From Lama glama (Eukaryota): a DNA stretch of 64,000 nt. Every line of letters starts with the position of its first letter. Position 1 is the stretch's first letter. The DNA lies in NCBI GenBank assembly GCA_028534125.1, contig CM052817.1, positions 23,624,001-23,688,000 on the forward strand. The letters are read 5' to 3'. Positions 25,064-37,591 of this stretch are shown here, piece by piece. The notes beneath the pieces were generated by a model. The model was not told the DNA's origin. It searched no databases and saw only the letters and a program-made list of their open reading frames with translations. A program made the position numbers and the translations under genes.

Positions 25064-26587
25064 TAGCAATCCTCAAACACATTATGAACACATTAGAAAT
25101 AGTAATAATAACCGTGAGTAAGAAACAGTGCATTGATCCAGGGAGCTTTGTCAAAATTCATTCACACTGTTATCTTTCTCCAATTACTCTTAAATATTGT
25201 ATCAGATCCTTTCAATGGAGGAAAATTCTGACAATGTTTTCTTGATGATGCTGATTTAAAAATCTCTCCCTCAAATCTTCGAAACTCTTGGACTTCCACT
25301 AGCTCCAAACAGCATAATTGTCTTCATGGAGTTTCATAGCCACTCAGGAAATATTTTTGACAATTAGTAAGACAGGATGAGTTATGAGATCATGGTTACA
25401 CAGTTCCAAGTAAATGCTTGATGAATTATCACTTATTTGGGAGGATGTAGGTAAATGATGGATAGACTCCAAATGCTTAAAAAACTACTTCACAGTGAAC
25501 TACCAACACAGAAAGGTCACAACCAACCCTCAGGATCCCTGAGGCTCCCGTGTAAACCAGGAAGTAAGGTTTGAGATAGTGGATCTATGTAAGTATACTT
25601 AGAACAGCAGTTACGATTCTGCATAAGAGACGCAGGTGAATAATAAGGATCACGTCATTTTTATCTCTGAATTGAACTTCTAATACGAAGCCCCACTTTA
25701 CCTCTTAGCAGAAATTAATCTCATTCTTTTTTTTTTCCTCTTCCACATCCTTTTCCTTGAAGCTGATTCTGAAATCTGTAGTCTTCATATAATGGCAAGG
25801 TATGGGATGGAGATGGAATTGCATTGTTTAATTGAATTTATTACATTTATTTAATGGAATCTGTTAATGATGGCATCCACTAAGAGTTAGATCTTTCCAT
25901 ATGGCCACCTCTCGGTCTTCTATCAGTTGTAGTAGCTTTTTAGGTCTTGCAGGTCTCTAGTCAATCTGATAAACAGGTAACATTTTTCTGCTTCAGTAAA
26001 AATTTGAGTGTTTCAGATAATTCTTTCCCACTCCCAATTCCCTGTGTTCTTAAACAAATGGAGTTTGCTTGCCAAGTACGTGACATCTTATGCTGCTCAG
26101 ATGTTCTGTGCTCAATATTCTTGCCACTCTTCTGTGCACAAGACTTGTTCTGCTCTTCCTGTAATTTTCTGGGACTTCCTTGAAGCTATCCTAAATCCTG
26201 TCTAAGGATGTCACAGAATTATATATTCTTAGGGGCCCTACTCTCTGCTCTTACATCCAAAAATCCTTTAGGATTTACAAAGTTCTCCTTTTTAACTTCC
26301 AACTCTTTCCTAACTCCCAGACCAGAAAACATTACAAATCACAGGGATAAATAATCCTGCTCTAAAGTCATAATTTTATTGTATTTTTCCCAATATACAT
26401 TGTGTTTGCCTGGAATCCTTTCTATTTCTCCCCACTCATTCCACTTTCATCCTTTTTTTTTTTTTGCTCTTTGAGATGGTAAGTACTCTCATAAAATGAT
26501 GAAAGAGTGGACTGGAGGAGGTGACAAATGGTAAAAAAAAAATACAAGGAACAAAAGCAAGGAAGAGAAATAATGTTTTCAAAACTT

Positions 26588-27300
26588 AGAGTCATCAAAA
26601 CTGTAGATACAGGAAGTAGAACAATGATTTCCAGGGGCTGAAAGGAGAGGGAAATGGGAGATTGATGTTTAATGGGAACAGAATTTCAGTTTTACAAGAT
26701 GAAAAAAGTTACTGTTGCATAACATTATGGATGGATTTAATACCACTGAATTGTACACTTAAGATGGTTAAGATGTGTATATCTGGGTATTTAAATTTGA
26801 ATAAAAATGTTAGCAGAAGATGGATCTGAAAAAGGCAGTGAGGTCAAAAACACATTAGTAAGAACAAATGGAACTTAAAGCTGTATAATACAAATGTTTA
26901 GCTGTGATCCTCACATTAACACTCACTGCCTCTTCTAAGTAATCTTGTAGTTGAATCACTTTGTCCCCAGGGCTCCTCCTTTCCATAAAACCCTGCCTCT
27001 GATATTTCATCACAATTAGGATGTCAATGACATTGAAACCTAAGGAGTTATCCTTTCTTGGAGACTGACACACCCAGAGATAGTGTCCAAAAGTAAAGGT
27101 AGGAAGTTGTAACCATGGACATGCCACTGGGTGAGGGAAGCTTGAGGACCTGAGGCTGCGCTCTGTCCTCATCCCCATGATTACACTGTGGGCCTTACAC
27201 CGGCTTGTTACATTAGGCATGGGGACACACTAAGACAGAAGTGAAAAAAATTTTAAGATGGTAAATTTTATGTTATATGTGTTTTACCATCATTTAAAAA
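26588..27300 (+). mobile_element. L1MB-like 3' end, split by an insertion at 26776-27252
   Basis: ccaggggctg...tttcagttttacaagatgaaaaaagtt...actgaattgtacacttaagatggttaagatg resumes as taagatggtaaattttatgttatatgtgttttacca after the insert. Confidence 0.85.
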
Positions 27301-27717
27301 TAGGAATAAATGCCTTATTTTGTCAGATAAAAAAGTATGGAACATTTGCCAATGATACATGGTTTCTTAATACCCCAGATCTCCCTAAATAGTACCTCCT
27401 CATCTAATCAGTGTTTTCTTTGCACCGCACCCCATACACACACCCAGTTAAGAATATGGTACCTTAGTGCTAAATTCTTAAAGTCATACTAGTATGAAAA
27501 TGGTTATCAACAGCCTACTTTTCTTCAGGAAAGAAAGAAATCATTTATATAATAAAAGGATCATATGGACAGGATCTAAGGATAAAATATAATGGAAGAG
27601 GGGTAAGGAGCCTGTTCAGATATTTTGGCATAGACAGGTCTCACGCTGCTGCAGGTGTCAGCATGCAGGCCTACACAGGAGACTGAATCAGGTGTGTGAA
27701 CACAAAATAAAATTTCT

Positions 27718-28111
27718 TATATCAGTCAGCATGAGTAATGCTGGCTGCTATGACAAAAAAAAATTCCAAATCTTAATCAGTTGACACAATACAAGTTATC
27801 TCTTTTGTAATCAAAATAAAACATGGATATTTCTGACTGAGCTATTTTCCTAGTGGCTGGCTTCCCAGCAGTCACTCGTGTTCAGGCTGCCCACACCTTG
27901 GGTACCACCCACCATCCTCAATGTGCAGACTACAGCGTCACTGTATAACACAAGGATGTTTACTGTCTCCAATTGGCAAGTGGTAACCTCACTTCCACCC
28001 TGATGCCAGTGAACCCAATTACTTATGTGGCTCACCTAGATTAAGAGGCTGAAACATGTAGTCTTCTTCAATAGAAATTCTTCGGTGAATGCATAACTTT
28101 ATCACTGCCAC
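27718..28111 (-). mobile_element. MaLR LTR, MLT1J/I-like (decayed)
   Basis: Starts tatcagtcag...gctgctatgacaa; ends ggtgaatgcata...ctgccaca. Confidence 0.6.
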
Positions 28112-28527
28112 AGGACTTTATGACCAACTCTTTGAAAGACAGGAAAGGAGGGAAGAGACTTTAACAAAAGTAAGCCCTCTAACAGCAGCTGTAGCTTCCA
28201 GCTAAAAGCTAGTTTGCCAGAGAATGAAGCATTAAAATGCCTGGTGGTCAGGCATTTGCCTTTTCTGCCTTTCCCACCCCTCTCTGGTAATAGCAACATC
28301 TTGGGATATGAGAGCATAATGGACAGCAGTATGTCAATAACTATTAAATGTCAAAGGGATAGAAATCAGATAAAAATGAAAAATCCTGAACTGTTTAAGC
28401 CCTCAAACAAGTTTGACAGGAAGGCCATATCTTCAATTACTCATAACCCCATTTTCATACAAGAGAGTCTCCCATCTTTTATGAAGTCTCCCACCATACC
28501 CTACCCATCCTCATTACTACCACATAA

Positions 28528-28528
<1 letters not shown>

Positions 28529-28566
<38 letters not shown>
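28529..28566. repeat. (CA)19 microsatellite
   Basis: Uninterrupted CA run read directly. Confidence 0.98.
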
Positions 28567-28568
<2 letters not shown>

Positions 28569-29929
28569 TAAAGGACAATAGAAGAAAGAAGTTGAACTTT
28601 GTGGAAAATAGAAAAGGTAGAAGGAATTTTGGAAAGAATGCAGAGAGGAAATAGGGGTTCTGACTGATCTCTAATATTAGTGACTATCAAGAAAATGTTT
28701 AAGCAAAAAAAGCAGAGGTGTGGGATTTTTCAAGTAACATTTTGAAATGAAAAATCAGCAATGAGTTGAAAAAAAAAAACAAAAAAAACCCAAGAGGTGA
28801 TTGTTCTGATGTTCATGCTAGGATTTAAATTTAGCTTTTAAAATTTTCCTGCTCTAACAGCTTTGACATTTAAAAAAATTAAGAACTTTTACAAAGTTAG
28901 GTTTATTCTGTTGCATTTAAAGCACTCTGTGTGTTCAGTAAATGTCATAATGCCATTAAATCGCCTTCACAGACATGCAATTTTATCCTCTTACTGTGGG
29001 CTCTTAATGCAATGAGTGCTTCAGGGAATACAATGTAGAGCCTGGGAGCCTGGCTAGAAGTTTTCAAATCCTTAGAGTTGAGCTTGAATTTTCCTACTGT
29101 GTCATTAAGAAAGATTCTCAATTAGTGTGGTATTTACTCTCTCTTATTTTGTTTTTATAAGATTCACCTTTCAAAAATTTCCATCTGTAAAATACATTCA
29201 TTTAGTTAGAAAAGTGTATAAAAACTAATACCTGAAAAATAGCAGTTTATCATATTGCTTTCATTATATGACATAACCAAGTGTGTTGCTAGGCAACTGG
29301 TTATGGCTTTTGGAAAACTGCATACTTTATAATAGACTACTTTAGAGGCACTTTTTCAAAACAAATAGAATAGAGTTATCTAAAAGCATCTCCTGAAACT
29401 CTATATAGAAAATGGAAAATGGTTTTTTAAAAAGTCAACATCTCTAAAAGTGAGGAGGAGATGCTTCTGTTATATAGGTACTGAAGTTCTCATTTTGCAG
29501 AGACGAGAGAGAGAGAAATTGAGATAGAGAGCTTAAATTTGTTTATAAGCATTCAAACTGCTAATGGAAATGTTAATTATAAATTATTCATTATATTTAA
29601 TTTTATTCAAATATTCCTTTGGTTAGGAAAAACATTATAATCACTTGGAAAAACTGAACTAAAAAATAGATTTTTAATAAATAAACATAAAGTACATTTC
29701 TGAAGCCCTGGTTCTGTCTACTGATTTCCCAACTACTCTCTTATGTATAGAAATGGTTAGCAAACTAAAGGAACTGTTTTTGGTGACTAGCACTCCTCAG
29801 CAATGATTTACTTTAGTATGGAAAGGATTATTGCATTGAACAGAAATTCAGAATACTTAATATCTAAAGTCTATTCCAAACTCAATTTTTTATGACTTCA
29901 AAGTGTTATCTTTATTCTTTAACAGAATA

Positions 29930-30800
29930 TTTTAAATGATAAAGTGATATATGTTAGCTATAGAAATTCTGAGAAATATAGAAACACATTAAAAAAGAAA
30001 TTAATCACTCCCAATATTAAAACCTAAAAAAATTAATTTTAGTATAAATCTTATTAGACATTTTCTTTTAATTTTGTTATTAATATTTTAGTATTAATCT
30101 TATTAGACATTTTCTTCTTTATGTGTTATTTTAGATTATTCATTTTTGTTTTCACTTTTTTATCAATTTGATATTCTATATATCATATCATATATATAAG
30201 ATATAAAATTACATATGAGATATGTACTATATATGTATATCATATTTATAGTTTACCTTTTCCAGTTAGTTATATTGTGAGCATTTTTTCATATGTAACT
30301 TCTTTGAAATATGTTTTTGTATAAGTGAGTGACAGCCACAATATGGCTGTAACAGTATTTAGTTATTTTACTATAATTGGGATTTTTCACCAATTTTTCA
30401 TTATTATAAATAATGCTGCATTGAATGCTCTTATTTACAAATCATGATTCACATATCTGTTGATTTCCTTACGGTAGGTGGCTGCAAGCGCATTTACTGA
30501 GTCAAAGAGTACATATTATTTTAAGACTGTAAATACATATTTCTTGTTGTTTTTCAGTAAGCAAAAGAAAAAAAAGAGTCTACCTTCTTAAAAAATACCA
30601 ATGGATAAGCATGGGTAATGCAACCTCATTGACACTAGATATTACTAGATTAAACATTACGTCAGTTTAAAGACAAAGAGCCTTTTGTGGTTTTACTGAA
30701 ATTGGATATAATTTTTCTTATGGTCTATATTTCTTTTTTTTTTTTTTTGTAAATTTGGGTCCTTTGCCCATTTTTCAGTTCAAGCATTCTTGCCTTTCTT
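29930..30800 (-). mobile_element. Old L1 (L1ME-like) 3' fragment
   Basis: caatttttcattattataaataatgctgcattgaat, ttactgagtcaaagagtac, cctttgcccatttttc motifs; heavily decayed. Confidence 0.65.
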
Positions 30801-31033
30801 TTTAATTTGTAAGTTTTTAACCTACATTTATTGGGGTGACACATTTCAGAAAGCTGGATTTATTTGGACTCTTTTTAGTGTAATTAAGATGGAAGTTTCA
30901 AGATATTGAAAAAGACAGAGTCCAGTCTAAGATTTTTATATCTTACAGCAGGGACAGCTATCTATTGGAGGCTATCTTGCCAAGAATTATGTTTGAGGAA
31001 TTATGTTTTAAGGAATTATGCTTCTTTAGTTCT

Positions 31034-31498
31034 TGTGTGTGTGTGTGTGTGTGTGTGTGTGGTTTTTTTAAACTGAAGTATAGTCAGTTACAATGTGTCA
31101 ATTTCTCATGTACAGCATAATGTCTCAAGCATGCATATATATATACATATATTAATTTTCATATTCTTTTTCATTAAAGGTTATTATAAGATATTGAATA
31201 TAGTTCCCTGTGCTATACAGCAGACATATGTTTTTTTATCAATTTTTATATATAATGGTTAACACCTCATATCTCAGACTCCCAAACTCTCAGACTATCC
31301 CTTCCCACCCTCTTCCCATGTAACCAACCATAAGATTGTTTACTATGTCTGCAAGTCAATGTTTCTGTTTTGTAGATGAGTTCATTAGTGTCCTCTTTTT
31401 TATTTTTATTTTTTTAGAGTCCACATATGAGTGATATCATATGGTATTTTTCTTTCTCTTTCTGACTTACTTTGCTTAGAATGACGATCTCCAGGTTG
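31034..31498 (-). mobile_element. Young camelid-type L1 3' end with (TG)n in the tail
   Basis: gaagtatagtcagttacaatgtgtcaatttct 3' UTR; TSD TTTAGTTCT at 31025-31033 and 31499-31507, followed by AA. Confidence 0.92.
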
Positions 31499-32112
31499 TT
31501 TAGTTCTAATTGTTGTCTTTACTTCTAGTGGAAACATCCTCAGTCTCTGCCAGTCAAATGCTGACTATGAAGAAGTTCTAAGAGGTGGCAGAGCCATCAC
31601 AGAATGAGCTCCAGTGCTTGTGTCACCAACTGTAGGAGTGCCACCTATTCACGAATCCCTCCCTTGATTGTTACTTGCATGAGAAATAATCTTCCAGTGT
31701 TTTGTGCTCTCTTTGCTTTAGCTGCTCTGTTTCAGTAATGCACTGATAATCTGTTCCCTGAGAGACATCATTTCCCTTCTTCAGCTTTCTGCAAAGGTAA
31801 ATCCCAGTGCTCACTTGATCATGAGGCAAATCTAGAATTTTTTACCCATAACTCATGGCCAACCTCTGAGGTCACACCAAGTGACAGCCTCAGATGAAGG
31901 TGTTCTGACCCCTTGTGTTATTTCCCCTGGGACAGAGAAGATTGACCACCACAAATCACACACTTCTTAATCTCATTTTATTTACTCTTGTGGGATTGAT
32001 GGTGATGTTTATTCAAAGTTTCTTTTCTCACCTCATTTGAGACTTTAAAAGATAGTCTCTTTTCTCTCAATAAAATTTAATGAGGAAGCAAAAAATAGAC
32101 ACTTTTCATAGC

Positions 32113-32899
32113 ATTTTTTTTAATTGAAGTATAGTTGACTTACAATATTGTATTAATTTCTGGTATATAGCATAGTGATTCAGTTATACATATACATTCT
32201 TTTTCATATTCTTTTTTATTATGGGTTTTTATAAGCTGTTGAATATAGTTCCCTGGGCTATACGGTATAAACTTGTTTTTATCTATTTTGTATGTAGTAC
32301 TTTATATCTGCTAACCCCAAATTCCTAATTGATCCCACCCCCTCACCCTTAGGTAACCGTAAGTTTGTTTTCTATGTCTATGAGTCTGTTTCTGTTTTGT
32401 AAATAAGTTCATTTGTGTCTTTTTTTTTAAGATTCCACATATAAGTGGTATCATGGTATTTTTCTTTCTCTGACTTACTTCACTTAGTATCATAATCTCT
32501 AGGTCCATCCATGTTAGTGCAAATGGCAACATTTCATCCTTTTTATGGCTAAGTAGTATTAGTGGAATACTAATAACACTGTATATATACACCACTTCTT
32601 TATCCAGTCATCTGTCAGTGGACATTTAGGTTGCTTCCATGTGTTGGCTATTGTATGTAGTGCTGCTATGAATATTGGGGTGCATGTACCTTTTTGAATT
32701 AGAGTTCCCTCTGGATATATGCCCAGGAGTAGAGTTGCTGGATCATATGGTAAGTCTATTTTTCATTTTTTGAGGAATCTCCATAGTGTTTTCCATAGTG
32801 ACTGCACCAAACTACATTCCCACCAACAATGTTGGAGGGTTCCCTTTTCTAGACACTTTCTCCAGCATTTATCATTTGTGGACCTTTTGATCGTGGTCA
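32113..32899 (-). mobile_element. Young cetartiodactyl L1 3' fragment
   Basis: Poly-T head and 3' UTR; ORF 32311-32595 includes KKDEMLPFALTWMDLEIMILSEVSQ (L1 ORF2 C-terminal end); imperfect TSD tcatag.a.tttt. Confidence 0.92.
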
Positions 32900-33339
32900 T
32901 CATAGAACTTTTGAACACACTATATATTCTTGCCCCTGTTTTAATGTTCTATCTTCTGGGAACTTTTAAATGCTATAGACAAATAGTTGCATTTTTCTTC
33001 CCCACCTTTATCAGTTGCCCATGGGAAAGGCTGCATGGTAGGGTGAGGCTCTTCAGTTCTCTTAAGGAAGATTTGGCTGGCTGTCTCTCAGAACTACTGG
33101 GAGCTATGATAAACTATGTATGTAAATGTTTACATGTCAGATACATGAAAAAAATACTGTGGTGAGCTTTTACAATGACTTTGATTCCCTGGCTTCACAT
33201 TCTCTTTCTGAAGATCTGAGATGAGTCTTGGCAATACTCAAGCTTAATAACTTGCCCAGATAATTCTGGCTGTACTTAGTCTTGGAAACACATGCTTAAT
33301 GTTTTGAAAAATCAGTATCACATAATTAATTATAAATTA

Positions 33340-34200
33340 CTGACTTCTACTATTAATTGAAAATTGCCCTCTGGTTACTCCTTCCTTACTCATATTTTTA
33401 TTGCAATAATTTTCTTAAAAATTAATAATATTTTTGATTCAAAATTCTGTTTGTTTTATTATGTTAACAATAATTGTTTCTATGTTACTTCTTCCTGGTT
33501 TCATGGCTCATTAAAAAAAATGTTTTATACCATGAACTTCCCTTCTTGAAAAATTTATTTTGATGCATGTTTCCATTACCTGGATATATCTTCTAGTAAT
33601 TTTTTCAGGATGACTACTTAGGTAGCATAATTTTCATGTCCTTGCATGTCAAAGAATCTCTTTCTCCTGCAAATAAATTATGGCTTCTGAAGGTATAGAG
33701 TTCTTAGACCTTAATCTTTTCTTTCAAAGCTGCTGGTGTTGCTGTATTGATTTCTGACCCTTAATGATCAGGAGAAAAAAAAAATCTAACACCAACCTCA
33801 TTATATCCTTTGAAAGCAACCCATCTTTTCTGCTGGACATGCAGGGTGTCTATTTTTACTAAATTTGCCTGGTACTCTCTGACCTCTTTTGATCTGATGT
33901 CTCAAGTCTCTCCTCAGATCAGGAAACTTTTTAAATTTTTTAAAGTTGATGATCATATTTCTACCACCTTTTTCTGTTCTCTTTTATTCTAATTTCAAAT
34001 AGCAATATAGTGGTTCTTCTCATCCTTACCCAATATTTTTCAGCTCTTACTATCTAAATGAATACTTTTTCCTGCAAAATCCAATCAAATGATGATTACC
34101 TCTATTTTTAAATTTTATCATAATTTTCTTTACATGAGTACATTCTTTTCTGATCTTAGTTTCCTCTTTTTAAATTCCAATAGTCTAGATTTTGTTGTAA
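33340..34200 (-). mobile_element. Old L1 (L1ME-type) ORF1-region fragment
   Basis: cttgcatgtcaaagaatctcttt, ggtatagagttcttag, atcaggaaactttt patterns typical of antisense old L1 ORF1; very decayed. Confidence 0.5.
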
Positions 34201-35035
34201 TTAAAATTTATATACTTTATTAGGTTCTGCCTACCATTTTTTGTGAAGCCACTCCATAGCTCCCGAGTTTCAATAGATTTGTGTCCAGTTTTCTGCTGCT
34301 CAATATTTCTAAGGTCACATTATGTGTATGTATTGTATTCAAGTTTAATTTCTATCCCCCATCTGTTGTTGAATCATGAATTTAACAGATGTGCTTCCCC
34401 TTTTATATACAAATGTGTCCTTAATAAAAGCCAGATGCATACATGCCCTTGCTGTTGTCCATGACAAATCTAAGAGAAGAACTCCTGGAAACAACCACTC
34501 TTTTTTCACAAAGTATGTAAATTACTCTTTTATATGCTTATGTTGATAATTTCGATAAACTTTCCAATATATATAGAAAACCATTTAGGAACAATCCTTG
34601 AGAAGCTTCTCTGAATTTTTTATAGTAAAAGGCCAAGGCATTATGGGTAAAATTTGATAAATTGAGAAAAATATTTAGCTATTACAGAAATTTTTATGCT
34701 CAGGTACCAAGCACCTAATTCAAATCCTCTTAAAAAATCAATATGTTGCAGTTCTCAGCTCTCCCAATGATTTTTAGAGTTTACATAAAAGATTTTACTT
34801 ACATACAATTTGTTTGCTTGCACTTATAATTGAATAATGATTACTCTTCAAGTAATATTTTCCTCTAAGTATTTATTATTATTAGATTTCTTTTTAAGCC
34901 AAAAGTCACATTTAGAAGAGCCAAGTGGACCCCTGAATGGAAGTCCCCAGGGGGGGTCAATAGTGAGTGGTGTATGACTTGCTGCCTATTAACAAGTTTT
35001 CTAACATTAATTATGCATGTCAGAAACTCAATGTG

Positions 35036-35384
35036 TGTATTAGTCAGAGTTCCCAGAGAAACACAACCAGCAGGGTGTATATTTATATAAAAAGGTTTAG
35101 GATAGGAATTGGCTCACTTGAATTTAGAATCTGACAAGTCCCAAATTTGCAATGTGGGCTGGCAACCTGGATACCCAGGAGAACTGATGCTGACGGTGTC
35201 TGCTGGGAACTGCCCCTTGTTTCTGGAGGAAGCCAGTCTTTTTTCTATTCCGGCTTAACTTTAGCTGATTGGGTGATGCCACTCTGACCATGGAGAGCAA
35301 TCTGCTTTACTCAAAGTCTACCCACTTAAATGTAACCACAACCAAAAACACACTCCAAGGTAACACATAAAATGAACCATCTCA
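35036..35384 (-). mobile_element. ERVL solo LTR, MLT2-like
   Basis: tgtattagtcagagttcccagagaaac ... acacataaaatgaaccatctca termini; gcaatctgctttactcaaagtctac motif. Confidence 0.88.
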
Positions 35385-35739
35385 CTATCATAGAGGAAAA
35401 ATCATGATTTGGAGTCTAAAGACCTTAATCAATTTATTTAACCAATTTAAGTCTCCATATACTTCTCTATAAAAGAAAAATAATATAAATTAAATAGTTA
35501 AGAGGATGAAATAACATGACATATTGAAGCACAGGATGCAAGCTAGAACTGGGTAATTAACCAGAGTCAGAAATTTTTTCCTGTGCTACAGAAAGGAAGA
35601 AAAGATACAAGTTGATCTTTGGAGGATATGGGTGAAGAATCAGGAGGGGAAACATAATATTAGTTGATTCTCTATAGGTTTCCAGTTTACTCTCTCATCT
35701 CATTAATTTCACATTATGGAGCTGGGCAATTTCTAAATG

Positions 35740-36000
35740 AGGCAATATTACATTGGCTAAGAACAGTGATGCTTATGCAGACAGCCCTGGGTGTGTGCTC
35801 AAGCCCGGCACTTACTGGCACATGGGCTTGTGCAGCCACATGACCCTTCTGAGCTTCAATTTCCTCATCTGTGAAGGCAGGAAGTGCTTGTCCCTCATAG
35901 AGTATTATAAAGATTTATAAGATGATGCATGTAAGCACTTGACAAAGGGCTTAGCATACAGGAAGAACTGAACAAGTGATAGCTTTTTCATTGTTATTAT
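35740..36000 (+). mobile_element. MIR SINE, near full length
   Basis: ctgagcttcaatttcctcatctgtgaa core and gatgatgcatgtaagcactt tail. Confidence 0.85.
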
Positions 36001-37591
36001 AAATGTTAGTAGTTAGGCCCTCCTTATTAGATTAGCCCAAGAAATCACATAAACAATTGTTAATGAAAGCATATTGAGGACACATATCTATTAAAATACT
36101 ACAGAAACATGGAAAAATTATAACACAGTTACTCTGATTTTTTTACTTTATAAAAACTTACTTTCCAGAGGAGTTATTTCATATCAACTCTAAAATGCGG
36201 TAGGAAAAAAAAAAAAAAAACACACAAGATGACCCCTGCTACTAGGTTTCAGGATCTCATAGGAAATTTCACTTAAATCTGTACAACCTCTCGGTAGTTA
36301 ACCGCTGTTGAATTTAAAGAAAGTGTTTCATCAGTTTTGTTTCTGAAGATTACTAATAAATAGAGAAACAGAACTTAAATCCCAAAATATGACATTCTCA
36401 GGGACAAGAGTCCAAAAAGTCATAAAATCAAGTTAACACTTTGCTTTGTTTCATTTCCCATCAACAATGAAATTTTGCACTTAACTTATTTTAAATTGTC
36501 AGTATGTGGTGTTGATAAACATACGTGTTTGTAGGAGAGGAACAGTAATTCTACATTAGGTTAATAAGTGATTGGAAGTCAAATCTAATCACATCAAATT
36601 ACCAAAGAAACAAAACAGAGACAGAAATTTCAACATGCAAAATTGAGTATGAATCTGCAATTAAAAGGGGAAAGTGATTAACAAATGTATCAGAAGTATG
36701 TTCACAAACCTTTTCAAAAAGTTTGGCTATGAGGAGAACAAAAATAGTGGAAATAGACCTCTTATCTCTAGAAAACACATTTGTTAGGCTTAGAAACAAG
36801 ATATAAATTATGTATACCATTGCTGCAATGAAAAAATACAATTGTTGCTTAAAAAATTCATTAAATTGTCAATAAATTTTAGTTAACCCATGAGTTGATT
36901 ATTCATCTCAGGAATTTGTCTGGGAGGATTTGAATGCCTACGTGGTGAATAGAATTAAGATAGGCAGTGTTTTGACATTTTATCCAATGTGAAGGTGGAA
37001 ATCACGGAGACAGAGAATGAGAGAGAGAGAGAACTACTTAAAAGCAGGCCCCAAAGCCAAGGCTGCACAAGAAAAATCAGGTAGAAATTGGGGTAATGAT
37101 TTCCATGCATTTTAATCTAATAAATCAAACCACAAAGTGCCAAGTAATCTGATGTGTGGACTTCGAAGAGTAAACCTAAAAAAACTGCCCATTTTAAGAA
37201 GTGATTTTGAGCGATTTGAAATTGCATCAAAAATGAAAAAAGATACCAATTATCTGAAATCTTGGGTGTTGATTCCAATTCATGGCAGACTTCTAGCTGT
37301 GTGAAGTAATTGAAATGGACTGTCTATTTTTTCTTTCTTCTCTTTCTCTTCATCATATAACAAGCTGGTTGCCTATTTTTTTTTTCCAGTAGCTAAAATC
37401 AGTATAGTAACTGATGATCTCCTCATACACTGAAAAAATTCCCTTATCACACTCCATTAATATCCGTCCATCTCTAAAGTGGAAGGAGATCCAGTGGCTT
37501 TAAAGTGCCAGACTCTTCTGTGATGCAGGCACTTGCCTGTATCAGAGTCTAGAGACTGTAAGGATAAAGACAAATTAAAACTAAGGTGCTT

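Noticed and set aside
28214..28654. 146-aa ORF with an HT repeat
   Set aside because: The HT run is the translated (CA)19 microsatellite; the rest is compositionally unremarkable.
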